DNA of 42,580 nucleotides from a virus (Duplodnaviria; Heunggongvirae; Uroviricota; Caudoviricetes): IMG/VR virus record IMGVR_UViG_2917393062_000002, positions 1 to 42,580 of that record; one strand, 5' to 3'. Shown piece by piece: positions 1 to 9,559 of this stretch (position 1 is its first letter; each line of letters starts with the position of its first letter). The notes under the pieces were generated by a model. It saw only the letters and a program-made list of their open reading frames with translations, ran no database searches and was not told where the DNA came from. The position numbers and the translations under genes were made by a program.

Positions 1-666
1 ATGCAGCAGCACCAGGTGGCACCGCATCACGGGCAGTTCAGGAAATTCGGGCAGCACGTGAGCAGTGGGAACGTGAAAACGGATTTATCAGCGACGGAAA
101 CGGCGTGGAAGCTGTGGGAACTCATGGGGGAGGTTTATTCGAACCGCTGGACCCAGAAGAACGGGGCCGCACCTTCGAAGCTCTGGATTGCACAGATTGG
201 CGCGATGACTGAGCAGCAAATCCGGCAGGTCTGCCGACAGTGCATGGACCGCTGCCGGGCGGGTGAAACATGGCCTCCGGACCTGGCTGAGTTTGTGGCG
301 CTGATTTCGGAAAGCGGGGCCAATCCATTCGGTTTGACGGTGGATGCTGTGATGGAGGAATACCGCCGCTGGCGCAATGAGTCCTGGCGATACGACGGAA
401 GCGATAAATATCCGTGGTCCCAGCCCGTGCTGTATCACATTTGCCTCGAGATGCGGGCAAAAGGGATTGAGCGTCAGATGACCGAAGGGGAGTTAAAACG
501 GCTTGCAGAACGGCAGCTGACGAAATGGGCAAAGCATGTTGGTAATGGCCTCAGCGTTCCGCCTGTCCGGCGGCAACTGGCAGCACCAGAACGCCCGTCG
601 GGGCCAACACCAATTGAGTTGCTGAAACGGGAGTATGAACGCCGGAAGGCAGCTGGTTTTGTATGA
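1..666 (+). CDS. Replication protein P-like (helicase loader); possibly 5'-partial at the window edge
   Basis: 221-aa ORF from base 1; C-terminal two thirds resembles lambda P as recalled (YPWSQPVLYHICLEMRA, EGELKRLAERQL); sits upstream of nin-like genes, rusA and Q. Confidence 0.5.
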   Translation: MQQHQVAPHHGQFRKFGQHVSSGNVKTDLSATETAWKLWELMGEVYSNRWTQKNGAAPSKLWIAQIGAMTEQQIRQVCRQCMDRCRAGETWPPDLAEFVALISESGANPFGLTVDAVMEEYRRWRNESWRYDGSDKYPWSQPVLYHICLEMRAKGIERQMTEGELKRLAERQLTKWAKHVGNGLSVPPVRRQLAAPERPSGPTPIELLKREYERRKAAGFV

Positions 667-1091
667 ATTGTGAAGGTGATTTTTCAGGAGGACTTGTGGC
701 AAAAGTTTTTACACCCGAACAGCGGGAAGAGCTGAAGGCACGAATTATCGGGTTGGTACGCAAAAATGGACGCATGACGATGTCGCAGCTGGAGAGAGCG
801 ACTGGGGCAGGCTGGCATTCGGTCCGACGCTGCCTTGTGGATGTGCTGGCTTGTGGCGATTTATACATGTCCGGGGAATACGGTGTTTTTGCATCGGAGC
901 AGGCGTATCGTGAATGGCGTAAGACACCGGAGAAAACAACTGACCAGACACTGATTCGAAAGTTACCAGACGGAGAGATACGCCTCTACGACAGACGCCT
1001 GAATATAATCTGCCGTGAGTGCCGGCAGAGTGAGGTTATGCAGCGGATTTTGGCGTTCTATCAGGGTAATTATCAGGAGGTGATGCTGTGA
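663..1091 (+). CDS. Hypothetical nin-region protein
   Basis: 142-aa ORF, start overlaps the stop of the upstream gene (ATGA), same strand as neighbours. Confidence 0.45.
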   Translation: MNCEGDFSGGLVAKVFTPEQREELKARIIGLVRKNGRMTMSQLERATGAGWHSVRRCLVDVLACGDLYMSGEYGVFASEQAYREWRKTPEKTTDQTLIRKLPDGEIRLYDRRLNIICRECRQSEVMQRILAFYQGNYQEVML

Positions 1092-1148
1092 GTGAAATTA
1101 GCTATCAGGCTTCAATTACCGCTGGCATCCGCATCAAAGGAGAGGAGC

Positions 1149-1505
1149 ATGGAAATAAAACCAGAAGATGAGTTAAGCAATATCGTTTTATTTCCGGTAA
1201 AAGAGGATGACCCACGTAATCAGGTTAATTTTCTTTATGAGCCATCGGAAAGACCATATTGCCATCACGCCTCTGTCCGGGTTGACGAAAAAGAGCGTCA
1301 GGTCCGCTGCAAAATCTGTGGTGCAGTTGTGGAGCCGTTTGACTGGATGCTCTCTGTGGCGAAAAAAGAAACCAGACTGGCAGATGATGTAAGGCTATTG
1401 CGCCAGGAGGAGCAGGAAAGGCGGAAAAATATAGAAAAGTTAATTCAGATTGAGCGTAACGCGAAAGCGCGGATACGCAGGGCGACAAAATCCAGAACTG
1501 AATAA
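1149..1505 (+). CDS. Hypothetical protein with CxxC/HH zinc-ribbon-like motif
   Basis: ATG at 1149 preceded by AAGGAGAGGAG; motif CHH...CKICG; basic C-terminus. Confidence 0.4.
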   Translation: MEIKPEDELSNIVLFPVKEDDPRNQVNFLYEPSERPYCHHASVRVDEKERQVRCKICGAVVEPFDWMLSVAKKETRLADDVRLLRQEEQERRKNIEKLIQIERNAKARIRRATKSRTE

Positions 1506-1597
1506 TTAAATTTAACACTGTTAAAAATTTAATCCTTAACCGGAGGGATTTCTTCACCCTCAGAACATCAGGAGGCCGCCCGAAAGGGCGGTAAGAA

Positions 1598-1816
1598 ATG
1601 ACTACATTATTCAGAAAAGAATATCCGCGAAAAAGTAGAGCGACAGAATTTCTGTTTCTCATTCTGTTTGTTGTGTTAATGATACCGATATCCCCGCTAA
1701 TTTTTGTCTGGGCAATCGGGAAAATAATTGAGCCAGTTATTGAATTGTATAACGACGTTGTATGGGCCCCGTTCAACACACTGCACAATAAAATTAATCC
1801 GTATAAGGAAAACTGA
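1598..1816 (+). CDS. Small membrane protein
   Basis: 72-aa ORF with one long hydrophobic segment (FLFLILFVVLMIPISPLIFVWAIG). Confidence 0.35.
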   Translation: MTTLFRKEYPRKSRATEFLFLILFVVLMIPISPLIFVWAIGKIIEPVIELYNDVVWAPFNTLHNKINPYKEN

Positions 1817-1817
1817 C

Positions 1818-2582
1818 ATGACCACTATAACCAGAGAAAACGCGGAGATTAAATCCTTCATCACTGGCTTTTTGAGCGATTCAGCGCACGATAACCGATC
1901 TTCAAACAGCCTGCTTGCCAATGTGTTTCGTATCGCGCTGGCATCGCTGGAAGCAGAGCCGGTGGCGTGGAAGGTAACCTTCACGCAAATTGACCATGAA
2001 TATAATACGTTCACCGCTATGTATTCTGGCAAAGCAGAAGCCGAACGGTGGGTGCGACTGCATGAAGTGGGTGACTTTCGGGCAGAAATAACACCACTTT
2101 ATGCAGCGCCGCCAGCACAAGTGTTACCGAACGATGGGGTTGAGCTACTGGAAGAATTCGTCTGGACTGGTGAGGAATGGTGCGTGCCATTAACTGGCTC
2201 TGAACCGGAGGATGATGTTCCTGAATCGTTCTCTGCGAGTATCAGTGTTAGTTGTGCTGATGATGTTGAGGTGTGGGTATCAGTGCCGCCGTATATGATA
2301 ATTCCCTACATTGAGGGTGAGCAGGATGAGGATTTATTTGATACGTGTGCTGGAGCATTACGTATATCGTTTCTGGATTTGCTAAAGGCGTATACAAGTT
2401 CGTGCATCAGAGAGGATGCGGGGGATGGTGTTTTATACATGGCTAATTTTTTCGAGAGAATGTCGAAAAGTCTTCGTAAATTTTATGGCACCCTTCCACA
2501 GGAAGAAATAGCTGCTGCGAAGGTGGATGTTGATCTGGTCATCCCGTGGGAGCGGGGAGGTCATGAGGAGGGGGATAAGTGA
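1818..2582 (+). CDS. Acidic hypothetical protein
   Basis: ATG at 1818 directly after upstream stop; 254 aa rich in D/E (EPEDDVPESF, EGEQDEDLFD). Confidence 0.45.
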   Translation: MTTITRENAEIKSFITGFLSDSAHDNRSSNSLLANVFRIALASLEAEPVAWKVTFTQIDHEYNTFTAMYSGKAEAERWVRLHEVGDFRAEITPLYAAPPAQVLPNDGVELLEEFVWTGEEWCVPLTGSEPEDDVPESFSASISVSCADDVEVWVSVPPYMIIPYIEGEQDEDLFDTCAGALRISFLDLLKAYTSSCIREDAGDGVLYMANFFERMSKSLRKFYGTLPQEEIAAAKVDVDLVIPWERGGHEEGDK

Positions 2583-2934
2583 GCTGGCCTGAGGCATTCA
2601 CAACGGTAGGAATTGCGATGGCGGTGGCGCTGGTGGTGTATTCGATTTGCCGCTGGGGTTGACGTAATTACTAATCCGGGGCTATATTTCCGACGCGTCA
2701 GCAAAATCTGGCGCCGGGATTGGAACCCCGGATATTCAACCGCGACAGATACACGCCGCGAGCGTGTTTTTTATTGTCGTAAGCACACACATCTGAATTA
2801 TGGTGGGGCGTATGGGGGAGCCGAAAGGCTCGCCGGTTGGTTGATCCGGTAGTTCCAACCCTGTACGTCTCACCACCCAATGATTGGAACCTGACGGTGG
2901 TGATAGTTAAATTCATCAACCAGAGGGCGTTATC

Positions 2935-3474
2935 ATGACGACTCAAATTTCTGTCGAAAACCTTTCCCCGATTACCCATAATCAGATCCCAGTTATTACC
3001 ACAGAACTATTGGCGCACCTCTATGGCGCGGATGTAAACAGTATCCAGCAAAATCATAAGCGCAACTCTGTGCGTTTTATTGAAGGTAAACATTTTTTTA
3101 AGGTTATGGGCGAGGAGCTTAAAAATTTGCGACTGACAGTAAGTCAGTTACAAATTTCGCCCAAAACCCGCTCGCTTATACTCTGGACAGAACGCGGAGC
3201 AGCCCGCCACGCAAAAATGCTGGAAACCGATCAGGCGTGGGAAGTGTTCGAAAAACTGGAAGACAGCTACTTCAACCAGTACGAGAAAGAGCGCGCTACG
3301 GGTAAAATGAATATCGATTTTCACCTGGCAATCCGTGACGATAAGACCGCCTTCATCCGAAGTTATGCGCCTGGTCAGCTGGTGACGGTTGAAGAAGCCC
3401 TGACTTTGCTTAAATCGCGCGGATGGCTGGTAATGCCACGGGATGAACTGGCCGGAAAATTAATGGAGCTTTAA
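2935..3474 (+). CDS. Putative DNA-binding / antirepressor-like protein (KilA-N/ORF6N-like fold suspected)
   Basis: 179-aa ORF with AGGGCG...ATG start context; followed by a strong intrinsic terminator; family assignment from memory only. Confidence 0.4.
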   Translation: MTTQISVENLSPITHNQIPVITTELLAHLYGADVNSIQQNHKRNSVRFIEGKHFFKVMGEELKNLRLTVSQLQISPKTRSLILWTERGAARHAKMLETDQAWEVFEKLEDSYFNQYEKERATGKMNIDFHLAIRDDKTAFIRSYAPGQLVTVEEALTLLKSRGWLVMPRDELAGKLMEL

Positions 3475-3483
3475 ACCAGATAC

Positions 3484-3518
3484 AAAAAACCCCTGCTGGT
3501 TAGGTCAGGGGTTTTTTG
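3484..3518 (+). terminator. Rho-independent terminator (A-run/hairpin/T-run, possibly bidirectional)
   Basis: AAAAAACCCCTG-ctggttagGt-CAGGGGTTTTTTG immediately after the 2935..3474 stop. Confidence 0.6.
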
Positions 3519-3856
3519 ATGGTTTTCGCGAAAAGTGGTGTGAATTCGCATATAACCACTGTTTTGTTGCTTGTACAGGCAGGCAACACTCAACAGGGTT
3601 AAGATTACTTAATTCTCCGCAAATTTCAAGAAATTATTAGCTTTTCCTAATATCGCGAGTTGTGTAAAATGCAACTTGTTGAGAACGTTACTGTTATCAG
3701 AACAGGTGCTGAAACGGATTTTCCCCGGTGAAACAGGTGGTGCTGTCAGGGCTCTAACCTGGAAGATGGCAAGCAACACTCAACAGAAGCACGAATTGAC
3801 TTTGGGGAAATGTCAGAGCCAGTCAATTCTGCCACTTCCTTACGTAAGGAAAACGG

Positions 3857-3937
3857 ATGATGGACGCCCGACACCTGATTAAACAGGTAATCGAGATCAT
3901 CATTGCTGTTTTACAGCTGATCCTGTTGTTCTTGTAA
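3857..3937 (+). CDS. Candidate small hydrophobic peptide (26 aa), possible type I toxin
   Basis: ATGATG start 6 nt after AAGGAAA; peptide MMDARHLIKQVIEIIIAVLQLILLFL; GC-rich hairpin at 3957..3985; not in the >=60-aa ORF track. Confidence 0.3.
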   Translation: MMDARHLIKQVIEIIIAVLQLILLFL

Positions 3938-4184
3938 TAGCGGGAAACGTAACTAAGGCGCGTCCAGTTTACCGACTGGCGCGCCTTTAACATATCCGGA
4001 GATTATCCGCTCAGCATTTTTTGCTTTAACAGATCAAGTTTTAGCCGATTCAGCCATTAAACCGACCTTCGTTTGTTGATAAGCGGGTATACCTGACTAG
4101 AATCGATTCACTTAAGTAGCGCGCAGGGATAAGAGGGATGGACCCTGAGAAGGGGAGAGCTATTTATCTGGAAGGATTCTGAAG

Positions 4185-4445
4185 ATGAAAATCGAAGAAT
4201 TGCGTGAAATTTTTAGTGAAAATGGCCTCTATGCCGTGCGCGTTGAGAATGGATCTATTGTCAGTTACTGCCGCATTAAATGTTTACAGTCTCAACAAAG
4301 GAAGAGTGGAGCTGTGTTAATTCATTTTGTGGACGGGCTTATGACGGACGGTTTTATTTTGCGTGAAGATGAATTTGTCACATCATTACGGGGGCTGAAA
4401 GAGGCCGGGCTTAAAGCTGGCTTTTCTGCTTTTGAGGATGTGTGA
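4185..4445 (+). CDS. Hypothetical protein
   Basis: 86-aa ORF; GGAAGGATTCTGAAG upstream of ATG. Confidence 0.4.
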   Translation: MKIEELREIFSENGLYAVRVENGSIVSYCRIKCLQSQQRKSGAVLIHFVDGLMTDGFILREDEFVTSLRGLKEAGLKAGFSAFEDV

Positions 4446-4512
4446 ATTCAGCTACAATTCAGCACAGGGCTGAACCCCCTGTTGAGTAACACTGTGCCAC
4501 CGGAGAAAGCCG

Positions 4513-4791
4513 ATGGCGCAAAATTCCAGACCACACAATTCTGATAATTCAGCCGTCTTTGCCAGCAGGCACGGGCGGCGCTCTCACGCATTCAAATATG
4601 ACTGGTATCAGCACGATCCCTGCACTGAAGAACAGGCCGAATGGCTGATTCATAACTACCGCAGACGTGGGTATGAGTTTAAGAAAGCCCTCAGTCTCGA
4701 TTATCGTCACTGGATAATCTACGTCAGACTGCCGTACTCCGAGCGCCCACCGCGTCCGTCCCGCACATTCCAGCAACGCATCTGGAGGTAA
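4513..4791 (+). CDS. Hypothetical protein
   Basis: 92-aa ORF with GGAGAAAG 5 nt upstream of ATG; stop abuts the next gene. Confidence 0.4.
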   Translation: MAQNSRPHNSDNSAVFASRHGRRSHAFKYDWYQHDPCTEEQAEWLIHNYRRRGYEFKKALSLDYRHWIIYVRLPYSERPPRPSRTFQQRIWR

Positions 4792-4792
4792 C

Positions 4793-5842
4793 GTGCGGGT
4801 ATTGCTTCGACCTGTTCCGGTACCGGAACTTGGGCTGGTGGTCCTTAGGCCGGGCCGTGAATCCATGCAAGTATTTCATAACCCTCGAGTGCTGGTGGAG
4901 CCTGAACCGAAAAGCATGCGCGGTCTGCCGTCCGGAGTCGTTCCCGCCGTTCGCCAGCCGCTGGCGGAAGATAAATCGTTACTGCCATTTTTCAGCGACG
5001 AACGGGTGATTCGTGCTGCTGGCGGTGCTGGTGCACTGTCTGACTGGTTACTGCGGCATGTTAAATCCTGCCAGTGGCCACACGGCGATTATCATCACAG
5101 TGAAACCGTCATTCACCGTTACGGTGCTGGCGCGATGGTGTTGTGCTGGCACTGCGACAACCAGTTGCGCGACCAGACCTCCGAATCACTGGAACATCTG
5201 GCTCAACAAAACCTGGCAGCCTGGATGATTGACGTCACCCGTCACGCAATGAACGGCCCGCGGGAGCGGGAATTATCGCTGGCTGAATTATCCTGGTGGG
5301 CGGTCTGCAATCAGGTAGCGGACGCATTACCGGAGGCAGTAATACGTCGTTCGCTGAGATTACCAGTGGAAAAAATCCGTTCCGTATATCGCGAAAGCGA
5401 CATCGTACCGGGAGAGCAGAGAGCCACCAGCATACTGAAGCAGCGCACAAAAAATATTGCGTTACCGCCTCACGTCCACCAGCAACAGAGCCTGCCACAG
5501 GAAAAGACGGTGGTAAGCATCGCTGTTGATCCGGAGTCTCCGGAATCTTTCATGAAGCGACCAAAACGTCGCCGCTGGGTTAATGAAAAGTACACGCGCT
5601 GGGTTAAGGCGCAGCCGTGTGCGTGTTGTGGTAAGCCAGCCGACGATCCCCACCACCTGATAGGCCACGGTCAGGGCGGAATAGGGACAAAAGCCCACGA
5701 TATTTTCACGCTACCGCTGTGCCGGGAGCATCACAACGAACTTCATGCTGATCCGCTGGCATTTGAAGAAAAGCATGGTTCCCAGATTGATTTAATTTTC
5801 CGTTTTCTTGATCACGCCTTTGCAACCGGCGTGCTTGGGTAA
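4793..5842 (+). CDS. YdfU-like (DUF968-type) lambdoid protein with C-terminal Cys/His HNH-like motif
   Basis: GTG at 4793 after GGAGGTAAC; 349 aa; C-terminal CACCG...HHLIGHGQGG...CREHHNELH; lies immediately upstream of rusA as in lambdoid nin regions. Confidence 0.6.
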   Translation: MRVLLRPVPVPELGLVVLRPGRESMQVFHNPRVLVEPEPKSMRGLPSGVVPAVRQPLAEDKSLLPFFSDERVIRAAGGAGALSDWLLRHVKSCQWPHGDYHHSETVIHRYGAGAMVLCWHCDNQLRDQTSESLEHLAQQNLAAWMIDVTRHAMNGPRERELSLAELSWWAVCNQVADALPEAVIRRSLRLPVEKIRSVYRESDIVPGEQRATSILKQRTKNIALPPHVHQQQSLPQEKTVVSIAVDPESPESFMKRPKRRRWVNEKYTRWVKAQPCACCGKPADDPHHLIGHGQGGIGTKAHDIFTLPLCREHHNELHADPLAFEEKHGSQIDLIFRFLDHAFATGVLG

Positions 5843-5854
5843 AAGAGGTTACTG

Positions 5855-6226
5855 ATGCGTATAGAGTTTGTTTTGCCTTACCCGCCGACGGTGAACACCT
5901 ATTGGCGACGTCGTGGCAGCACATATTTTGTATCAAAAGCCGGTGAGCGTTATCGCCGGGATGTGGCGCTTATTGTTCGCCAGCAGCGACTGAAATTAAA
6001 TCTGTCCGGTAGATTGGCAATCAGGATTATTGCAGAGCCACCGGATAAGCGCCGCCGCGACCTGGACAATATCCTGAAGGCACCACTGGATGCACTGACA
6101 CATGCAGGACTGCTTATCGACGACGAGCAGTTTGATGAAATTAATATTGTGCGCGGTCAGCTCGTTCCAGGTGGGCGACTGGGCGTGAAGATTTACGAAA
6201 TCAGAGGTAATAACGATGGCGCGTGA
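5855..6226 (+). CDS. rusA: Holliday junction resolvase RusA
   Basis: 123 aa; RusA hallmarks ([21 protein letters not shown]); position just 5' of Q. Confidence 0.85.
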   Translation: MRIEFVLPYPPTVNTYWRRRGSTYFVSKAGERYRRDVALIVRQQRLKLNLSGRLAIRIIAEPPDKRRRDLDNILKAPLDALTHAGLLIDDEQFDEINIVRGQLVPGGRLGVKIYEIRGNNDGA

Positions 6227-6596
6227 TATTCAGATGGTTCTGGAGCGATGGGGGGCATGGGTGGCAAATAACCACGAGGATGTTACATGGTCATCTATTG
6301 CTGCAGGTTTTAAAGGGTTAATACCGTCGAAGGTGAAATCACGTCCCCAATGTTCCGACGATGACGCAATGATCATTTGTGGGTGCATGGCCCGGCTGAA
6401 TAAGAATAACAAAGATCAGCATGATCTACTGGTGGATTATTACGTTGGGGGAATGACGTTTATGGCGCTGGCACGTAAACACGGGTGTTCTGATACGTGT
6501 ATTGGTAAACGTCTACAAAAAGCAGAAGGGGTAATTGATGGTATGTTGATGATGCTGAATGTCTCACTGGAGATGGATTGGGCTGTGTCGGTTTGA
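6216..6596 (+). CDS. Q: Late-gene antitermination protein Q (phage 21/82 QuuD-like type)
   Basis: 126 aa; [15 protein letters not shown]...[16 protein letters not shown]... closely resembles QuuD-type Q proteins as recalled; overlaps rusA stop. Confidence 0.8.
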   Translation: MARDIQMVLERWGAWVANNHEDVTWSSIAAGFKGLIPSKVKSRPQCSDDDAMIICGCMARLNKNNKDQHDLLVDYYVGGMTFMALARKHGCSDTCIGKRLQKAEGVIDGMLMMLNVSLEMDWAVSV

Positions 6597-6664
6597 TTTA
6601 TGTCATTTTTTACAGCGGCGCAATGGAGAGAATAGCAAAAGTTTTTGGTAATACAGTAAACAGG

Positions 6665-7078
6665 ATGGATATGTTCAAAAAATCATTACTCTTAACATTG
6701 GTGATGTGTTTGCTTTTTTCTTCTTTTGCGGACGCAAAACGGAGACATAAAAGATCATCTCATCGTTCGCAGCATCATCACTATTACAGGGATAACAGAG
6801 CAAGTAAGCAGGAAGTTTGCTCGGAAGGATATGTTGATTATTTTGGAGTGTGCAAGGGCAAAGACATAAAACAGGGCGAAGATCCAAAACCAGCTATTCA
6901 AAAGAAAAAAATAAATAAGGCGAGCAAAAATACATCAAGTATAAAAAATAGCCAACCAGACCGGCGAGAGAAGACAGCGTTTCAGCAGAAAAAAAATGTA
7001 CCGACTTGTGCGCCGCTGAATATGGCGCATAAACCGGGATATACGAATTTGCCTATATGTGTGGACGGAGAATACTAA
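6665..7078 (+). CDS. Secreted lysine-rich small protein (moron), 4 Cys; start at 6665 or 6671
   Basis: Signal-peptide-like N-terminus MDMFKKSLLLTLVMCLLFSSFADA|K; AT-rich codon usage unlike neighbours; between Q and the lysis genes. Confidence 0.45.
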   Translation: MDMFKKSLLLTLVMCLLFSSFADAKRRHKRSSHRSQHHHYYRDNRASKQEVCSEGYVDYFGVCKGKDIKQGEDPKPAIQKKKINKASKNTSSIKNSQPDRREKTAFQQKKNVPTCAPLNMAHKPGYTNLPICVDGEY

Positions 7079-7151
7079 TGTAACACAAAGATGTTTACGA
7101 TCGTAAAAATCCGGATATCCTGTTAAGAGTGGTTACTTCGCCACACAGCTT

Positions 7152-7178
7152 AAACCCGCCGCCAAGCGGGTTTTTTTG
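7152..7178 (+). terminator. Rho-independent terminator
   Basis: CCCGC-cgccaa-GCGGG followed by TTTTTTT. Confidence 0.6.
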
Positions 7179-7372
7179 TGTCTGAAAAATGGTGCAGTAC
7201 GTTAAATGTGTATGTTGTTTTTTTAAAATTTAGAAATAATAAAAATGCATACGTATATTTACGAATATTGACATGGCTTTCTATTGAAAAAAGAACCGGC
7301 ATTATTAATATCTGTCATCGGTTCCGAAGGGGATGTAAGCGCGGTCATTTTTATTTCTCTTGAGGAACCAAT

Positions 7373-7448
<76 letters not shown>

Positions 7449-7451
7449 TAT

Positions 7452-7526
<75 letters not shown>

Positions 7527-7892
7527 GCATTTGAAACAAGCCTTATTGTATTGCGGCACTGGCGTATTTTTTTTATTACGTGGGAGCAGGTTGTTTTGAA
7601 AAAGCATTCTGTTCTCTGGCTATGATTTGAGGCCGGGTGTAGCCTCAGTGCTGATTTTTTACGGCAGCAGAATGGTGCATTATCGGTGGAGATTTTGTAT
7701 TTCCTGGCAGGGTCGGTGATGCATCATTCTGGTGTTGTAAACAGCACCGCAGAGGTGTTCCTCAGTGCGAGGGTGGTTTATATAGTGGTTTAGCGGGGAA
7801 TCACAATATCTGTTGTAGGGATGGATATTTCGGGAGGCACCCGACACCTCGAATACATTACAACAAAAATGATACATCCATTACATTGACCA

Positions 7893-7917
7893 ACCGCCTC
7901 CACTGGGCGGTTTTTTT
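7893..7917 (+). terminator. Rho-independent terminator in the ORF-free region between tRNAs and lysis genes
   Basis: CCGCC-tccact-GGGCGG followed by TTTTTTT. Confidence 0.55.
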
Positions 7918-8242
7918 ATTATCAATCCGGAAAAAAAGAATGCACGGACACTGATAATGTCCGTGTGGCAATGCCATGTAAGTCAGCGATGAATATGGCG
8001 CAAAAAAAAGCGCGGCTGTCGGATTAACGCCGCGGGACAAAGTCCGTGAAGAAGAATAAGTATTGGCCCCCTTCTGGGGACGAGTTAATATTACTAAGCT
8101 TTAAAAATAGTTTAAATCCTCAGATTAACCTTAATTTCAGATAAGCTTTATTTCATTTCTTTGCGCCACATCTGGCGCGCATCAAATAACGCCACGCAAA
8201 GGGCATCTGCGGATGCCGGTGCTTTTGACGGGGTGTTTTTTA

Positions 8243-8266
8243 CGGGCCGCTGGTGGCCCTTTTTTA
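8243..8266 (+). terminator. Intrinsic terminator immediately upstream of the lysis cassette (candidate tR'-like site)
   Basis: GGGCC-gctggt-GGCCC + TTTTTT, 16 nt before the AGGAG RBS of the first lysis gene; a second hairpin (GGCATC..GATGCC) lies just upstream. Confidence 0.5.
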
Positions 8267-8281
8267 TTTACAGGAGATGTT

Positions 8282-8668
8282 ATGGCAGAACCAGTATCCG
8301 GCACGACACAGGCCGGGCTGGCTGTTGGCGGGGTAACCGTTGTCGGCCTGTTCGACTGGATTGAGCCAGGCGTATTAATCGGGGCTTTTGCAGGTTCCAT
8401 TATTTTTGTTATGTCGGCGCGCGAATACCCGGTCTGGGGAAAATTGCTGCTTTTTATCGCGTCACTGATGGCGGGAATTGTCGCCGCACCGTTCTCGTCT
8501 TCGGTTATCACTTTGCTGACACCGGAAAGCATTTCAGCCAGTCGTTCGGTTGGTGCGCTGGTGGCGTCTGCGGTATCGGTCCGCTTGCTAATGCTGTTGG
8601 GGAATGAGCCGTCATCATTATTTGGTCGGTTCTGGCCTAAAGGGAGAGGAGGCGATGGGGGTAAGTAA
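8282..8668 (+). CDS. Putative holin (about 3 predicted TM segments)
   Basis: ATG 7 nt after AGGAG; 128 aa with three hydrophobic stretches and charged C-terminus; first gene of the lysis cluster. Confidence 0.5.
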   Translation: MAEPVSGTTQAGLAVGGVTVVGLFDWIEPGVLIGAFAGSIIFVMSAREYPVWGKLLLFIASLMAGIVAAPFSSSVITLLTPESISASRSVGALVASAVSVRLLMLLGNEPSSLFGRFWPKGRGGDGGK

Positions 8669-8972
8669 TTTTATTCTTACGCTGAATGCGTTCACCTGCG
8701 CCCTGATTGTTCTCGTCCTTCTGGCTTATCAACGAAGTGGCGCAAATTACTGCTGGAAGTCCTCTTTTTGCGCCTGGTTGCTGATGGTTGCCTGCGGCTC
8801 GGTAACCATCTTGATTCTGACCGGGGTCTATCGTCATCCGAGCATACCCGAAACCGTTATCAATATCGCACTGCTGGTGACTGTATGGGGTGCCGGGGGA
8901 AATATATCCCGACTGGTAAACAGCAGGAAAAAATTAACAGGAAAATATCATGACAAAAGACGAGATTTTTGA
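8655..8972 (+). CDS. Second lysis-cluster membrane protein (holin/antiholin-like)
   Basis: ATG after AAGGGAGAGGAGG; 105 aa with 2-3 TM segments and basic tail; between holin and endolysin. Confidence 0.45.
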   Translation: MGVSNFILTLNAFTCALIVLVLLAYQRSGANYCWKSSFCAWLLMVACGSVTILILTGVYRHPSIPETVINIALLVTVWGAGGNISRLVNSRKKLTGKYHDKRRDF

Positions 8973-9492
8973 TGCCGTTCTGGGTAAAGAGGGCGGCTAC
9001 GTCAACCATCCGGATGATAAAGGTGGGCCGACCAAATGGGGCATTACGGAAAAAGTCGCCCGTGCGCACGGATATCAGGGCGATATGCGTGACCTGACGC
9101 GCGGGCAGGCGCTGGAAATACTCGAGGCGGATTACTGGTATGGCCCACGATTCGACCAGATTGCGAACCTGTCACCGGATATTGCTGCAGAGCTGTGCGA
9201 CACGGGCGTGAACATGGGACCAGCCGTGGCGTCCAGAATGCTTCAACGCTGGCTGAACGCTTTCAACCTGCGCGGGAAACTGTATCCGGATATGGATGCA
9301 GACGGACGTATCGGCCCACGAACTGTTAATGCGTTACGGGCATATCTGAAAAATCGCGGCAGGGATGGAGAGCTGGTAATGCTGACCGCCCTGAACTGTA
9401 CGCAGGGTGACCGCTATCTGGAGCTGGCAGAGAAACGGGAAGCCAACGAGTCGTTTGTGTACGGCTGGATGAAAGAGCGCGTTGGTTTGTAA
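8950..9492 (+). CDS. Endolysin, GH108-type muramidase with peptidoglycan-binding domain
   Basis: 180 aa; GH108 N-terminal signature (EGGYVNHPDDKGGPTKWGIT) and PG-binding-like C-terminal half. Confidence 0.75.
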   Translation: MTKDEIFDAVLGKEGGYVNHPDDKGGPTKWGITEKVARAHGYQGDMRDLTRGQALEILEADYWYGPRFDQIANLSPDIAAELCDTGVNMGPAVASRMLQRWLNAFNLRGKLYPDMDADGRIGPRTVNALRAYLKNRGRDGELVMLTALNCTQGDRYLELAEKREANESFVYGWMKERVGL

Positions 9493-9559
9493 ATTTATCG
9501 GAAAAGGTCGCTGCGGCGGCCTTTTTTATTGCTCAAAAAACGAAAGAACGGAGGTACGT

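Noticed and set aside
3676-3882. 68-aa track ORF in the 3480..4180 gap
   Set aside because: No convincing RBS and it overlaps the better-contexted 26-aa hydrophobic ORF; kept only as an alternative reading of that region.
6597-7180. Shiga-toxin-like genes at the Q-downstream locus
   Set aside because: Only one small secreted ORF is present, with no A-subunit-sized gene or paired B-subunit gene; the position is toxin-like but the content is not.
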